DNA of 64,000 nucleotides from Lama glama (Eukaryota): positions 90,460,001 to 90,524,000 of the forward strand of contig CM052816.1 in the NCBI GenBank assembly GCA_028534125.1, given 5' to 3'. Position numbers and translations under genes: made by a program. This document shows, piece after piece, positions 13,026-24,495 of the stretch. Below the pieces are notes generated by a model. That model worked only from the letters and a program-made list of their open reading frames with translations, had not been told where the DNA came from and searched no databases. The first letter of the stretch is position 1. Each line of letters opens with the position of its first letter.

Positions 13026-13641
13026 GAAGGTACAGCCATGTGGTCAGGGAAACTTACATGAAGAGCAGAGTTGGGGTATCATGGTGGTAGAAAAGCCAGA
13101 AAGAAAACCAGAGCGGACCAAAATGAAGGATTCCTGAAGTTCAGTTCCAAAAGGAATATTTATTCAAGACACACAAAAGGGTCTACTGAAGTCACAGACA
13201 CAGCCACCACACTTAAGGGTGATGACAGCCACTTCCTTAGACGTCAGTCCACTGACTCAGTGGACGTTCCCTGGATCCAGCACTTTCCTAGGTTCCCATC
13301 CAGACTAACATCCTTTCTTGCACTGAGGTGTGCAGGGTAAGCTCCGTGGGCAGCCACATAGCTCTCAGTAAGCCCTGTTCTCCCTCCATCAATGCAGAGA
13401 AAAAAGGAGAGTCGGGCTTTTCATGTGGGCCCCACGCCAAGACCTTTAAGATCCCATTATCACCCGCAAGATTCAAATATTACAATCTTTCCTACAGTAT
13501 TCATCATGACAAATATTTCCCATATTGGGAAAAAAAGTGATTAATTTGGCTTTTTCAATACTATCATTATTCTTGTATGTGATGGGAGTGTAAATTACCA
13601 GAAAATAGAATTCTCTTTGAACTTTTGGCATACTAATTTAA

Positions 13642-13845
13642 TTTTTTATTGAAGTATAATCAATTTACAATGTTGTGCTAATTTCTAATGTACAGCATAG
13701 TGATTCCGTTTTTTATATACATATTCCTTTTCATAGTCTTTTTCATTACAGGCTATTACAAGGTTTTGGATATAGTTCCCTGTGCTACACAGCAAGACCT
13801 TGCTGTTCACCTACTTACAGATGGTAGCATCTGCAGATACCAAAA
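13642..13845 (-). mobile_element. Short LINE-1 3'UTR fragment
   Basis: TTTTTATTGAAGTATAATCAATTTACAATGTTGTG...ATAGTTCCCTGTGCTACACAG, same 3' end as the other young L1 copies here. Confidence 0.88.
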
Positions 13846-14131
13846 TTTGTAGTTCAGGATCTGCAAATGTAATTTTTAAACTCTACTTATCACATACAAA
13901 CAACCACACTTTTCTTTGTTACAGTCTCACCTGGAGCTCCTGGAAAAATATGTAAATACCTCCTTATAGGCTATTAAGTTGGAAGGACATAGCTGTCCCA
14001 AGTTCTTAAAAGTTGGCCCCAGGGGGACCTCCGGTTTCAGGTAGAATGCAATTGATTGCAGCAGAATACATTCTTGCGCCAACTAAAAAGTATAAATTGA
14101 TTTCAAAAATCACATTTAAAGAGATCAGAGA

Positions 14132-14323
14132 CTTCTTCTGTATAGTACAGGGAACTGTATTTGATACATTATAGTAACCTATAATGGAAAAGAATATGAA
14201 AATAAATATATGTATGTATATGTATGACTGAAACAGTACGCTGTACACCAGAAATTGATGTACACAACATTGTGAACTGAGTATACTTCAATTAAAAAAA
14301 AAGAAAAAAATTTGAAAGAAAAT
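14132..14323 (+). mobile_element. Short LINE-1 3'UTR insertion with TSD
   Basis: L1 3' end with A-rich tail; perfect 13-bp TSD AAGAGATCAGAGA at 14119-14131 and 14324-14336. Confidence 0.92.
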
Positions 14324-15139
14324 AAGAGATCAGAGATTGTGGAAATACATAGAAATAAATGAACAAAAATTCAACAGAGGAGCAGAGAGCTTTGTGAAGG
14401 TGAGTTGCCTTCCAAGGGCTATTTTCTTCCCTGAAGCACTTGCCGATTCTAACTGCAGTCTGAGGATAAGACCCGGGCCACACAGAAGGATCGTAAGATG
14501 GCAAAGAGAGACCAGCCAATATTTTGGCATTCAAATAAGGGACCACAATGATCTGGAAACTAAAGCATCCGTAAATGCTTGGTTAGTTTGGCCCATAGCA
14601 TTTTGCTGAATCCTGGGGCTGAGCATAAGGTTTGAAAACTTCTGTAAGGGAGACTAAAATCTCCAGTATTCCCATAATAAGTAAGAGAAAAAGCCCCACT
14701 TAAGAAAAGGGGCCTGGCTCAGAACCATCACCAATCTCCCCAAGACATCCATCAAATCTGGAAGCAGTGTGAAGCAAGATACTAAAGGATGGACCTAATC
14801 TCCCAAGGTCTGTCAGAGCTCGCAGTCAGAAGTTCAGGAGAGACAGGCCTAAGGGGAAAGGCAGAGCTACAGGTGGAAGGAGTCTTACTAAGACGTCCGT
14901 CCCTGACTCAGCTCAGGCCCTGTGGAGTGAAGTGATCAGCTCCTCACCTTGTCTGCCAGAAGCAGCACCATACAGAGCTTTGACACTGGCACTGTATAGA
15001 ACATTTGTCATAGACTAATAAATCACTGACATGAAAAGAGGTAGGAAAGAGTGACCAATAACCAAGTGGAACAGACAACAGATGCAAATGCAAATTAAAA
15101 AAAATGGACACTGTAGTTAGCATCCAAAGACTTTGATAC

Positions 15140-15605
15140 AATGATTAATGGGTTAAAGAAATTGAAAGAAAATATGGACAAAATGATGAAAGGATGTGGA
15201 ATTTCATTGAAGAATTGGAATCCATAAAAATCACTATTCTAAGATTGAAAGATATAGTATATGAAATTAATAATAACTCATTGGATGAGTTTAATAGCAC
15301 AGCAGAAGATTTATTACATGATCCCAAAGACAGATTAGTCTAAAATATTTGACTTCAGCACAGAGAACAAAAAAATACACATACGGATCATATGCAGATC
15401 ATAGGGCAAAATTTTGCATCCTTATTATTGGGGTTAACTGAAGAATAAAGAAAGAATAGAGCAGGAGAAATATATGAAGAAAACATGGTCAAGTCTTTTC
15501 CAAAGATCTTAAAGAGGGAAGCCCTCACATTCAAGAATTTCAACTAACCCCAAACAGAACAAAAAAAACCATAACTAGCTCCATCAAAATCAAACTGCTG
15601 AAGAC
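15140..15605 (+). mobile_element. Ancient L1M ORF1-region remnant (probably extends upstream to ~14340)
   Basis: A-rich decayed ORF1 motifs AACTCATTGGATGAGTTTAATAGCA and ATCAAAATCAAACTGCTGAAGAC. Confidence 0.65.
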
Positions 15606-18444
15606 AATAGATTCTCCATAATTCAGGTGGTCGAGATGATCACTGTACTAAAGACCTTATTTTAAACTCAAATGGAATGTGCTACAAATTATTTTTTAAT
15701 CCTGTTAATTTTAAAAGAGAAATTAAATTCTATAACTTCAAAGCAAAAGTGAAAGATGCATAAATTGTATTTATTATTTGACTATTTTAGCAGCTTTTCA
15801 GAAATAATAGAAACTGTTTGTTTAAAATTGTCCTATAATTAAAATAAATAAAACCATTTGCAAGAAGAATCTCCATGCCTGACCAATATGAGTACATTGG
15901 AACACTGAGAAAGTAATTCCAAAGATATAGAGTCAAGAATACAGAGTCTTAACTCTACATGCATTTGCTTTAGAAAGGACAGAATTACATTTCAGAAAGC
16001 TTGGCTAAAGGTTGTTCACAGCACCAGAAAAATAGAGAATTGGGCACAAATTGTGGGTGGACTCAGAGATAAGAGTCAACATTTATTGAGTCCTTAACAG
16101 GTGCCAGGCATTATTGAAGAGTCTTTACAGAGACCACCATGGATATGAAATGCACATACTTTACATAGATCATACGTATATATAAAAATGAACTTATTCA
16201 TAGCCTGAACTTCCATTATGTAAATCATTTCTGACAGTTCAATATCTGCAGGTCCATTTCAACTCCTTTTTCCTTCTGGATTTTGTCTGGAGTGTTATAG
16301 ATCCCAATGGGATTAGCCTGGGTTCCCAATGAGTCTTTTTATCATGGACCAAACCTGCTCTCCTCTCCTACCTTCTCCTCCCAGAAACTGCCAGCCCCTC
16401 TCCCTTCTTTGAATTGCACCATCCCCTCCCCAGCCACAAGCCTGGCTGTGAAACTGGATATAGTCCTTCCAATTTCTGGCACACACATCCATTTCCTTCT
16501 TTTGCTGGTCACTTTGGGAAACAGGGATAATTAAAATCATAAACATGAAGGAATTTTATAACTTATAATATCCTTGGAACAGTGCCTTCTGGAGCACTCT
16601 TCTCTCTGCATCTGAAATTATAGCTAAATTCAGTTGGGAATCTTGCCCCCTACTCTCAGTCACTGAATTTCCTTCTGGGTCCTATCCCTTGATTCAGTTA
16701 CACCCTGCTGATGTCATGAAAACATCTGGTCTCTCATCTCCAAATACTCAATTCACAAATTGGAGAATGCCCCAGGGAGAGGTCTCTGCTGGCTCTACAA
16801 GCTATTTCCTACAAGCTGAATCTCCAAGGTAAATGACCCACCAGCAGCCAGTACCTCTCATTCCTCTGCCCTCTAAGGAAGAAAAAAAAAAAAAAGATAA
16901 AATTTGAAGGGGAAAGGACCTCCCCCCAAAATAAGTGACATTTTGTCCTAGCTCCTTTGGATGGACCCATGTACTATCTCTCATACGTAAATCTACACAA
17001 TAAGAAATTTGCCAACTATTAAGAAATTCCTAACTTTCAAACTATCTATGCGTATCTTCCCACTTCACTCAGCTGAGTTATCATCGTTCCAAACTAGACA
17101 CAGGACTTATCACTCCCTCCTTCTTTATCCTGTTCATTTGATTGAAGGCCATTACTTATTCCCCTTACATTTCATAGAATCATCCTTTCATCATCACTCT
17201 TTCTTCTTTCTGCTGAATATATGTACTAGTTATGTGCAGTCACTCTTGAAATAGCTTGGAAGAAAGTGACACCAGTTGGTGTTCGAAAGATTTACTTTCT
17301 ATACTGCTCTCTAATTCCATTTTAATGATTACTTATTCTTTTAGGGAAGTACTCATTTTTCACCTTAAATAAATTTACTTCCCGCAAGATAGAGTATTAT
17401 CAGCATTTCCTGCTCAACTCTATAAACACAATAAAATTGGAAAGGAAGGATTCTTTTCTACGTACCATCCACTATTCTAGCTTTGATTCTTGGCACTTAG
17501 CATCAAGAGCAAGCAAACAGAGCAGGATAGCAGTTAGCCCCTTTATCACTTCCTAGTCCTTCCTCTTTGTTATTGACTCTGCCTGAAAACACATCACTCT
17601 GACTGCTGGGAGATGTCAGTACTCAGAAAGGAAGTTTAAAATTATGTAAGAAATGAACTCAATGACCTCTATTTCCTTGCTTATTTGGTAAATAATTTGT
17701 GGTTCTCAGAAACTAGAAGCATATTTTAGAGTTCAGGCAAGCTTGGCAGTAAATTGTCCCAAGGCTCATAAAAATGTGCACACGGGCTTTTGCAGACACC
17801 CAATCAAATAACTAAAGTGAAATGAAACCAAAACAGAGCTGATACATGGATGCACATGGCATACCCCAGTCCCAGAATTCCAGCACAGTGGTCTGTCTTC
17901 TACGGTGACTGTAAATTCTGCAATATGAAATATTTCAGTGATTAGGTAGGTTGTTCAAGTTGCCTTGTTTTAACCTTTAAAATATCTCTAAACTCCGCTT
18001 TGACTGCTTTAATGAAAAGTGTAGGCTGTGGGTTGCAACCTACAACTCCAGAATGACTCCGGGCCTAGCACGGCCATTGTCCGTGGCCTCTCGTCTTGCG
18101 CATGTGATGAGGAAGGTCAGGAAGGGAAGGCGGAGCTGATAGTAAACAGCCCGTGAGGATGGAGGTGGGGTGAGCAGACACACACTCTGGCATTAGAAAG
18201 TGAAAAGAAAACCAAGCTCGGGGATCCTAGCAGGGTACAAATCGTAGGCAGTAAGAGGAAATTGGCTCATTTCCTAACTGTTGAGCTTTATTTCCGTTTC
18301 TAGTGAAACATTAAGTAATTGTCTCAAGATCTCCCAACAGTTTGTGGAAAGAGCCCCAGCTAGACCACAGAATTTGAGAGCATACGTCCACTGCTCCTTG
18401 GACATATGCCCAGTTTACAAAACCTTTACAACTGGGATCCCCTG

Positions 18445-19082
18445 TGACCACCTATGCCCTCCTGCTGTTTTTTTCTCAAGGCATTTAGCAGAATGATCCT
18501 TTTTAAAATAAGCCAGATAATAAAGCATGTTTACTCCTCTGCTCAAACCACCCAACGGACCTCAATATCACCCAGAGAAGAAGGAAAGTCCTTATGGTGG
18601 CCTCCAGGGCCAGCACCCTCTGCTGAGCCCACACCTTCACCTGCCCCCTCCCCCCCCAACCCCTCACATCTCAGATCTTACCTCCCAAAGGAACCCTTTT
18701 CCATGCTGTTCCAACCACATGTGGCTCACTGCTTCCTCAGTGCCTTTGCTATCGCTCCAGATTCAACTGTGACTTGTTCTCACGCCTCTTTTAAATCACT
18801 TCCCAAATATCTCCTTCCCGTTATGACCCTCTTATCTTAACTTATAAACCATGACTCTTCAAGACTCCTTATCCCCATCCTGCTCAGCTTCTTCCTACAG
18901 CTTCCTTATCACCTTCTTATGTTCTACATAGTGTGATTTCTTTTTTGTCTCCCTCACCAGAATGTAAGCTCTACAAAGCCAAGAGGTTTCCTCTCTTTTG
19001 CTTACCACTGAATCCCAACATCAAGAATAATACCTAGTGTACAGAAGGACTCAACAACTATTTATAGAACAAATACATGAAA
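18445..19082 (+). mobile_element. LINE-2 (L2a-like) 3' region
   Basis: GAATGATCCTTTTTAAAAT...ACTCCTCTGCTCAAACC...CCAGAATGTAAGCTCTACAAAG...ACCTAGTGTACAGAAGGACTCAAC. Confidence 0.8.
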
Positions 19083-19637
19083 TAGAAAGACAATTAACCA
19101 TTTTCTTTATACTTCATTGTCATCATTAACTAGCTTGCTGATCTTAGACAGACAGCTGATCTCTGAGATGACTAACTAGCTTCCTGACTTTAAACAAATG
19201 ACTTCTTTGAGCCACTATTTTCTCATTTGAAGATAATCATTCTTCCTAGTAAAGAGTATATGAGATAATGTATTACAAAAGCATTCTTCAAAGTATCAAA
19301 AGCTATATAATTTTAAGTTAGGATGAGAAAAAGTATTGATTTAATTAGCAACTTTTCATAGATAAATAATACAGCTCATCCAAAAGAAATAACAAATATC
19401 TACATACATAGACAGAGATGGAGAAAGGTCTATGTTATCTATATGTATCTATATATAGATACAGATACAGATCTAAAGATAAATATATAAGAATAAAGAC
19501 ATAGATGTAGAGAGAGAAGGTGGAGAGATAAAAATATATAGATAGATAGAGAAGGAGAAATCAAATACCCATGGCTAAATTTAAAAATAGATTTGTGTAA
19601 TGGCCATTTTCCCCCCAATTAAGAAGTTAATGTAGTA

Positions 19638-19764
19638 GGGAGGGTACAGCTCAGTGGTAGAGCCCATGCTTGGCATGTATGAGGTCCTTGGTTCAATCCC
19701 AGTACTGCCATTAAAAATAATAAATAAATAAATAAACTTAACTATATCCCTCCCTCAAAAAAAT
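19638..19764 (+). mobile_element. tRNA-Ala-derived SINE, camelid Vic-1 type
   Basis: GGGAGGGTACAGCTCAGTGGTAGAG (A box), GGTTCAATCCC (B box), (AAAT)n tail; degenerate TSD AAGTTAATG(T/A)AG(T/A)A at 19624-19637 and 19765-19778. Confidence 0.88.
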
Positions 19765-21259
19765 AAGTTAATGAAGAAATGGGAACTGACAAAAACAAGT
19801 ACTAAACACAATATTATGCTTCATTGAGGTTTTCTCTTTTAATTCAATGACTAAAAATTATTATTACTTCCTCTTATAAAATAAATTACGTGGCAGAATG
19901 CAAGTTCCTTGGGAGGCCAGGAATTCTGAAACATTCATCAGTGCACCCCCTGGTCCAACACAAGTTGTTTGCCCAAGATTTGAGTAAGTAACCAGCAGAA
20001 GTTGTGAACAATTTTAATAGAAAAACAGAGACATTTCAGAATAAAGGCTGTCTGGTGTCAGAAGTTGAATTGCATATCTGGAAGCCATCTCTTCCTTGAT
20101 TTGTGACTTTAAGGATGAGTGGACATCTTTGAAAAGGTACATGGTGATTCCTTTGCAGTTCAGCATAAGTCATTATAGACTCAGGGTGTCCTAGACACAG
20201 GGAACCATGAGTGGGTGGCAGAGGAATTGGGACCAAGACAGTAATAACCATCAGGGTGCTTCATAATAACTGATCAAGCAGACACTTTTTCAGGATAATA
20301 AAAGGTTGGCATTTCATTGCTTACTTAATCATTTAAATTCTCATGGGCAATCAACCTATTCAACCTGAACTTTAAATCACAAAAGAGCAAAAACAGGGGG
20401 AAAGTTTGATGAATGAGCATCTCTTCATAGAGCTGCCTTGAAAAATAAAATTAAAGACTAGTAAAAATTAACCTACTAATATGGACATTTCTCAAAAAAA
20501 TCAGATTTAAAAAGACTGACTAGGATGTGGAAGGGAGATCAAGTGTTCCTTTATCGTTCTCTTTTCATCTTTTCACTGCTCCAACTTTATTTTAATAATG
20601 TGTCCAAAGACTGATTCAACCTCTCTCCCACTTTAATAAAGGTTCATTAGTGGATTAGGAGAGATTTGAAACTGAGCCCAGTGGAGTCAGCAGAGACAAA
20701 TCCCAAACAGCTACTCAGCGCATTTTGAAAAGCACCAAGCAAGCAACCTGGAAAAGATCCACCAATAAAATGTGGTTGTACTTAGTGTATATGGAGCCCC
20801 ACTGGACTGACAAGCCATCTCCACTTGTAGATGGGCAAGACTGGTAACATTATCCATCGAAAATAACAAGGCAAAGAGTGTTGTGTTCAATTTGAGCCCC
20901 CATCTCAACAAAATAAACACAGCCCATCAGCATGGGAGATAAACAGGCGAAAACTGACCGTCCAGCATCTATTATTGTGATAAAAATAAGCAACTACGTG
21001 CTGCCACCTGACCTCTGCTATTCTGGGATCCTATTGTTCCCTTTGAAATCTGCAAAGTCCATCTCAATAGTAGCGTGTCCCACATTCCACCTGACCTACA
21101 AAGAGATGGATCAGAGTGGAACCGGGGAGTGAATTGTTGACTTCTTCCTTTTCCCTCTATTTCCACAGGCTTGTGCAAAAGTTATTTCCAAAACTGATGA
21201 CATCTTATAATATATGGTTAAAAATACTACATCATCTACAAATATTATTAAGATTGAGA

Positions 21260-21435
21260 CTAGTAATAGCTAATGTTGAAGCATTTATTGCCATTTTTTC
21301 TAAAAACTTTAAAAAGAGATAAGGAATCTGAGGAACAAAAAGGTTAAGCAGTTTGTCCAATATCAACCAGGTGGTAAATGGAAAAGGCTGGGTTTAAATT
21401 CAGGTTCAGCCCACATTACTAACCTCTACGACACC
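21260..21435 (-). mobile_element. MIR SINE
   Basis: GATAAGGAATCTGAGGAACAAAAAGGTTAAGCAGTTTGTCCAA, reverse MIR core. Confidence 0.7.
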
Positions 21436-22000
21436 CTGACAAATTTTGGTGTAGACATATGGTCATTTTTAAATCAAAATAAAGCAGGGATTTTCCTGTA
21501 AATTTTGTAAAGGTATAGCCATTATCATGATTATTTTACTCAAGCTACAGACAACCAAAGATGAGTTCTGGATCACCTTACCTCATCTTGTATCTCTGTT
21601 GCCATTTCTCCCAGGCACAGCACCTATCCTGGATCTAGCCAATGTTTTCCTTTAATTCCTGAATCTAAAATTATTTCAATCTGTAGAACATGTCAGTAAG
21701 CCAAACGTTCCCTAACTGTATTCATCTATATGATACAGAAGGAAGGACAGAAGGAGGAAGAAAGGGAAGGGGGACAAGAGAGACAGAAAGAGGTAGGGAC
21801 AGAGAGACAGGGAATGAGGAGGAGGGGGAAGAAAGGGGGAAAGAAAAGAAAGAAGAAGTGGAAAGGAAATACTATAATGTCTAACTTAATCAGAATTGAT
21901 ACATGATGTTGTGGTTACTTTTTTTTAACTTTCTATTTGAAAATTGTTTCAAAGTTATAAAAAATTGCAAAAAATATAAATAGTACAAAGATCACCTTCC

Positions 22001-23609
22001 TATAACTGATTTACAGTGTTGTATTCATTTCTGGTGTACAGCAAAGTCATTCAGTTATACATACGTAGATATTTTTCATATTATTTTTTATTATAAATTA
22101 TTACAATATATTGAATACAGTTCCCTTTGCTATACAGTAGGTCCTTGTTATGTATCTATTTTACATAGAATAGTTTGTATCTGCTAGTTCCAAACTCCTT
22201 ATTTATCCCTCCTCCAGCCTTTCCTCTTTGGTAACCAAAAGTTTGTTTTCTATGTCTGTGAGTCTGTTTCTGTTTGGTAAATAAGTTCATTGGTATTGTA
22301 TTTTAAACTCCACATATAAGAGATACCATATGATATTTGTCTTTGTCTGATTGACTATGATTATCTCTAGGTCCATCCATGTTGCTGCAAATGGCCTTAT
22401 TTCATTCTTTTTTTATGATTGAGTAATATTCTATTTCATATACATCTTCTTTATTCAGTCATCTGTCAGCGGACATTTAGGTTGCTTCTATATCTTGGCT
22501 ATTGTAAATGGTGCTGCTGTAAACATTAGGGTGCAGGTATCTTTCCAAATTAGAGTTTTCTCTGGATAAGTGCCCAGGAGTGGGATTGCTGGATCATATG
22601 GCAATGCTATTTTTAGTTGTTTAAGTACTGTTTCCATAGTGGTTGCACCAAATTAAATTCCCACCAACAGTGTAGGAGTGTTTCCTTTTCTCTACACCCT
22701 CTCCAGCATTTATCATTTGTGGACTTTTTACTGATGACCATTCTGACCATCCTGATATCTATTGTAGTTTTGATTAAATTAGCAATGTTGAGCATCTTAC
22801 ATGTGCTTATTGGCTATTTGTATGTCTTCATTGGAGAATTTTGTTTAGGTCTTCTGCCCATTTTTGGACTAGGTTGTATGTTTTTATTGAGTTGTATGAG
22901 CTGTTTGTAAATTTTGGCAATTAATCCTTTGTTGGTCACATGGTTTGCAAATGTTTCCTTCCAGTCTGTAGGTTGTCTTTTCATTTTGTTTATGGTTTCC
23001 TTTGCTGTGCAAAAGCTTATTAAGTTTGATTAGGTCCCATTTGTTTATTTTTGCTTTTATTTCTATTGCCTTGGGAGACTGACCTAGGAAAACATTGGTT
23101 TGATTTATGTCAGAAAATGTTTTCCCTACATTCTCTTCCAGAAGTTTAATGGTGTTATGACTTATATTTAGAGCTTTAAGCCATTTTGAGTTTATTTTTG
23201 TGTATGGTGTGAGGGAAAGTTCTAACTTCATTGATTTACATGGCTGTCCAGCTTTCCCAACACCACTTGCTTAAGAGCCTGTCTTTTCTCCATTGTATAT
23301 TATTGGCTGCTTTGTCAAAGATTAATTGACTACTGTTTTGATTACTATAGCTTTGTAGTATTGTCTGAAGTGTGGGAGAGTTCCGCCTCCAACTTTGTTC
23401 TTTTTCCTAAGGATGGTTTTGGCAATTCTGAGTTTTTTGTGATTCCATATAAAGTTTAAGATTATTTGTTCTAGTTCTGTGAAGAATGTCCTGGGTAATT
23501 TGATAGGGATCACATTAAATCTGTAGGTTGCTTTGGGTAATATGGCCATTTTAACAATATTAATTCTTCCAATCCAAGAGCACAGGATGCCTTTCCGTTT
23601 CTTTAAGTC
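22001..23609 (-). mobile_element. 5'-truncated LINE-1, 1.6 kb, decayed ORF2 C-terminal part
   Basis: Minus ORFs 23322-23549 ([19 protein letters not shown]), 22884-23231 ([11 protein letters not shown]...[10 protein letters not shown]) and 22613-22795 (ETLLHCWWE) are L1 ORF2; frameshifts and an internal deletion near 23330. Confidence 0.96.
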
Positions 23610-23707
23610 ACAAAGCCACTTATTTACTCTCCACAGAGTCTGCTGTTGTTAAAAGTTTACCCTATTTGCTATAGATGACAGATGATTGATGATAGATGGA
23701 TAGATAG

Positions 23708-24035
23708 AGCAATGAGTGAATGCCTGTGCCCCCCTCCAAATCTGTATATTAAAACCATAATCCCAAATTATGATATCTGGAGGTGAGACCTTTGGGAGGT
23801 AATTAGATCATCAGAGTGGAGCCCTCACAGATGGGATTAGTGCCCTAATAATCAGCTGGCTTGTTTTCTGCCACGTGAGGACACAGCTGTAAACCAGGGC
23901 AAAAGACCTTACCAAGGACCTCGCCAGGCCTGCATCTTCATCTCAGACTTCCAGCCTCCAGAGCTGTGAGAAACAGAGCTTTGTTATTTAATTTGTTTAT
24001 GGTAATTTGTTACAGCGGCCTATAGAACTAAGACA
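23708..24035 (+). mobile_element. MaLR solo LTR, MLT1A-like
   Basis: GGAGGTGAGACCTTTGGGAGGTAATTAGATCATC...GACTTCCAGCCTCCAGAGCTGTGAGAAA...GAACTAAGACA; 5-bp TSD GATAG/GACAG inside a (GATA)n tract. Confidence 0.88.
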
Positions 24036-24163
24036 GACAGATAAATAGATAGATGGATAATAGTTGGAAAGAGAGAGAGAGAGAGAGATCTTCTTTTCTG
24101 AACATGGTTCTTACCTCTAAATACTTTAGAGTATGCCTCCCATAGGAAAAGGAAACTTCTCTC

Positions 24164-24318
24164 TTTTTTTTAATTTTATTTGTTTTGTTTTCATTTTTGT
24201 TTTGGAGGGAGGTAATTAGGCTTATTTACTTATTTATTTTAACAGAAGTACTGGGGATTGAACCCAAGACCCCACACACCCTATGCATGTGTTCTACCAC
24301 CAAGCTACACCCTCCCCC
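24164..24318 (-). mobile_element. tRNA-Ala-derived SINE, camelid Vic-1 type
   Basis: GAGGTAATTAGG...GTACTGGGGATTGAACCCAAGACC...TCTACCACCAAGCTACACCCTCCCC is the reverse complement of the SINE at 54222. Confidence 0.88.
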
Positions 24319-24495
24319 TGAGGAATAGTCTCTTACATAACCACTGTACAGTTACCAACTTCATACAGTCACACTGACACAATAATTTTATTTAATCTAC
24401 CAGCCATGTTCTAATTCAGTCAGTTGACCTAATAATGTCCTGTATAGCATTTTTCTCCTTCCAGTGCAGAATTGTTGAACTTTCACTGTAAGAGC

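Larger units (their letters stand above)
21918..24472 (-). mobile_element. Ancient L1MC4/L1MC5-like 3' end, split by three later insertions
   Basis: Colinear pieces at ~21918-22000, ~23610-23670, ~24090-24160 and ~24320-24472 (CTCTAAATACTTTAG...TCTCTTACATAACCACTGTACAGTTACCAAC...AATAATGTCCTGTATAGCA). Confidence 0.7.

Noticed and set aside
19943..19956. CTCF-like motif GCACCCCCTGGTCC (and TTTAGAGGGGGCG near 27373)
   Set aside because: Mismatches at key consensus positions; not distinguishable from background without ChIP data.
22613..23549. ORFs with clear protein similarity (also 6985-7377 and 34223-34831)
   Set aside because: Broken LINE-1 ORF2 C-terminal fragments or their antisense, not host genes.
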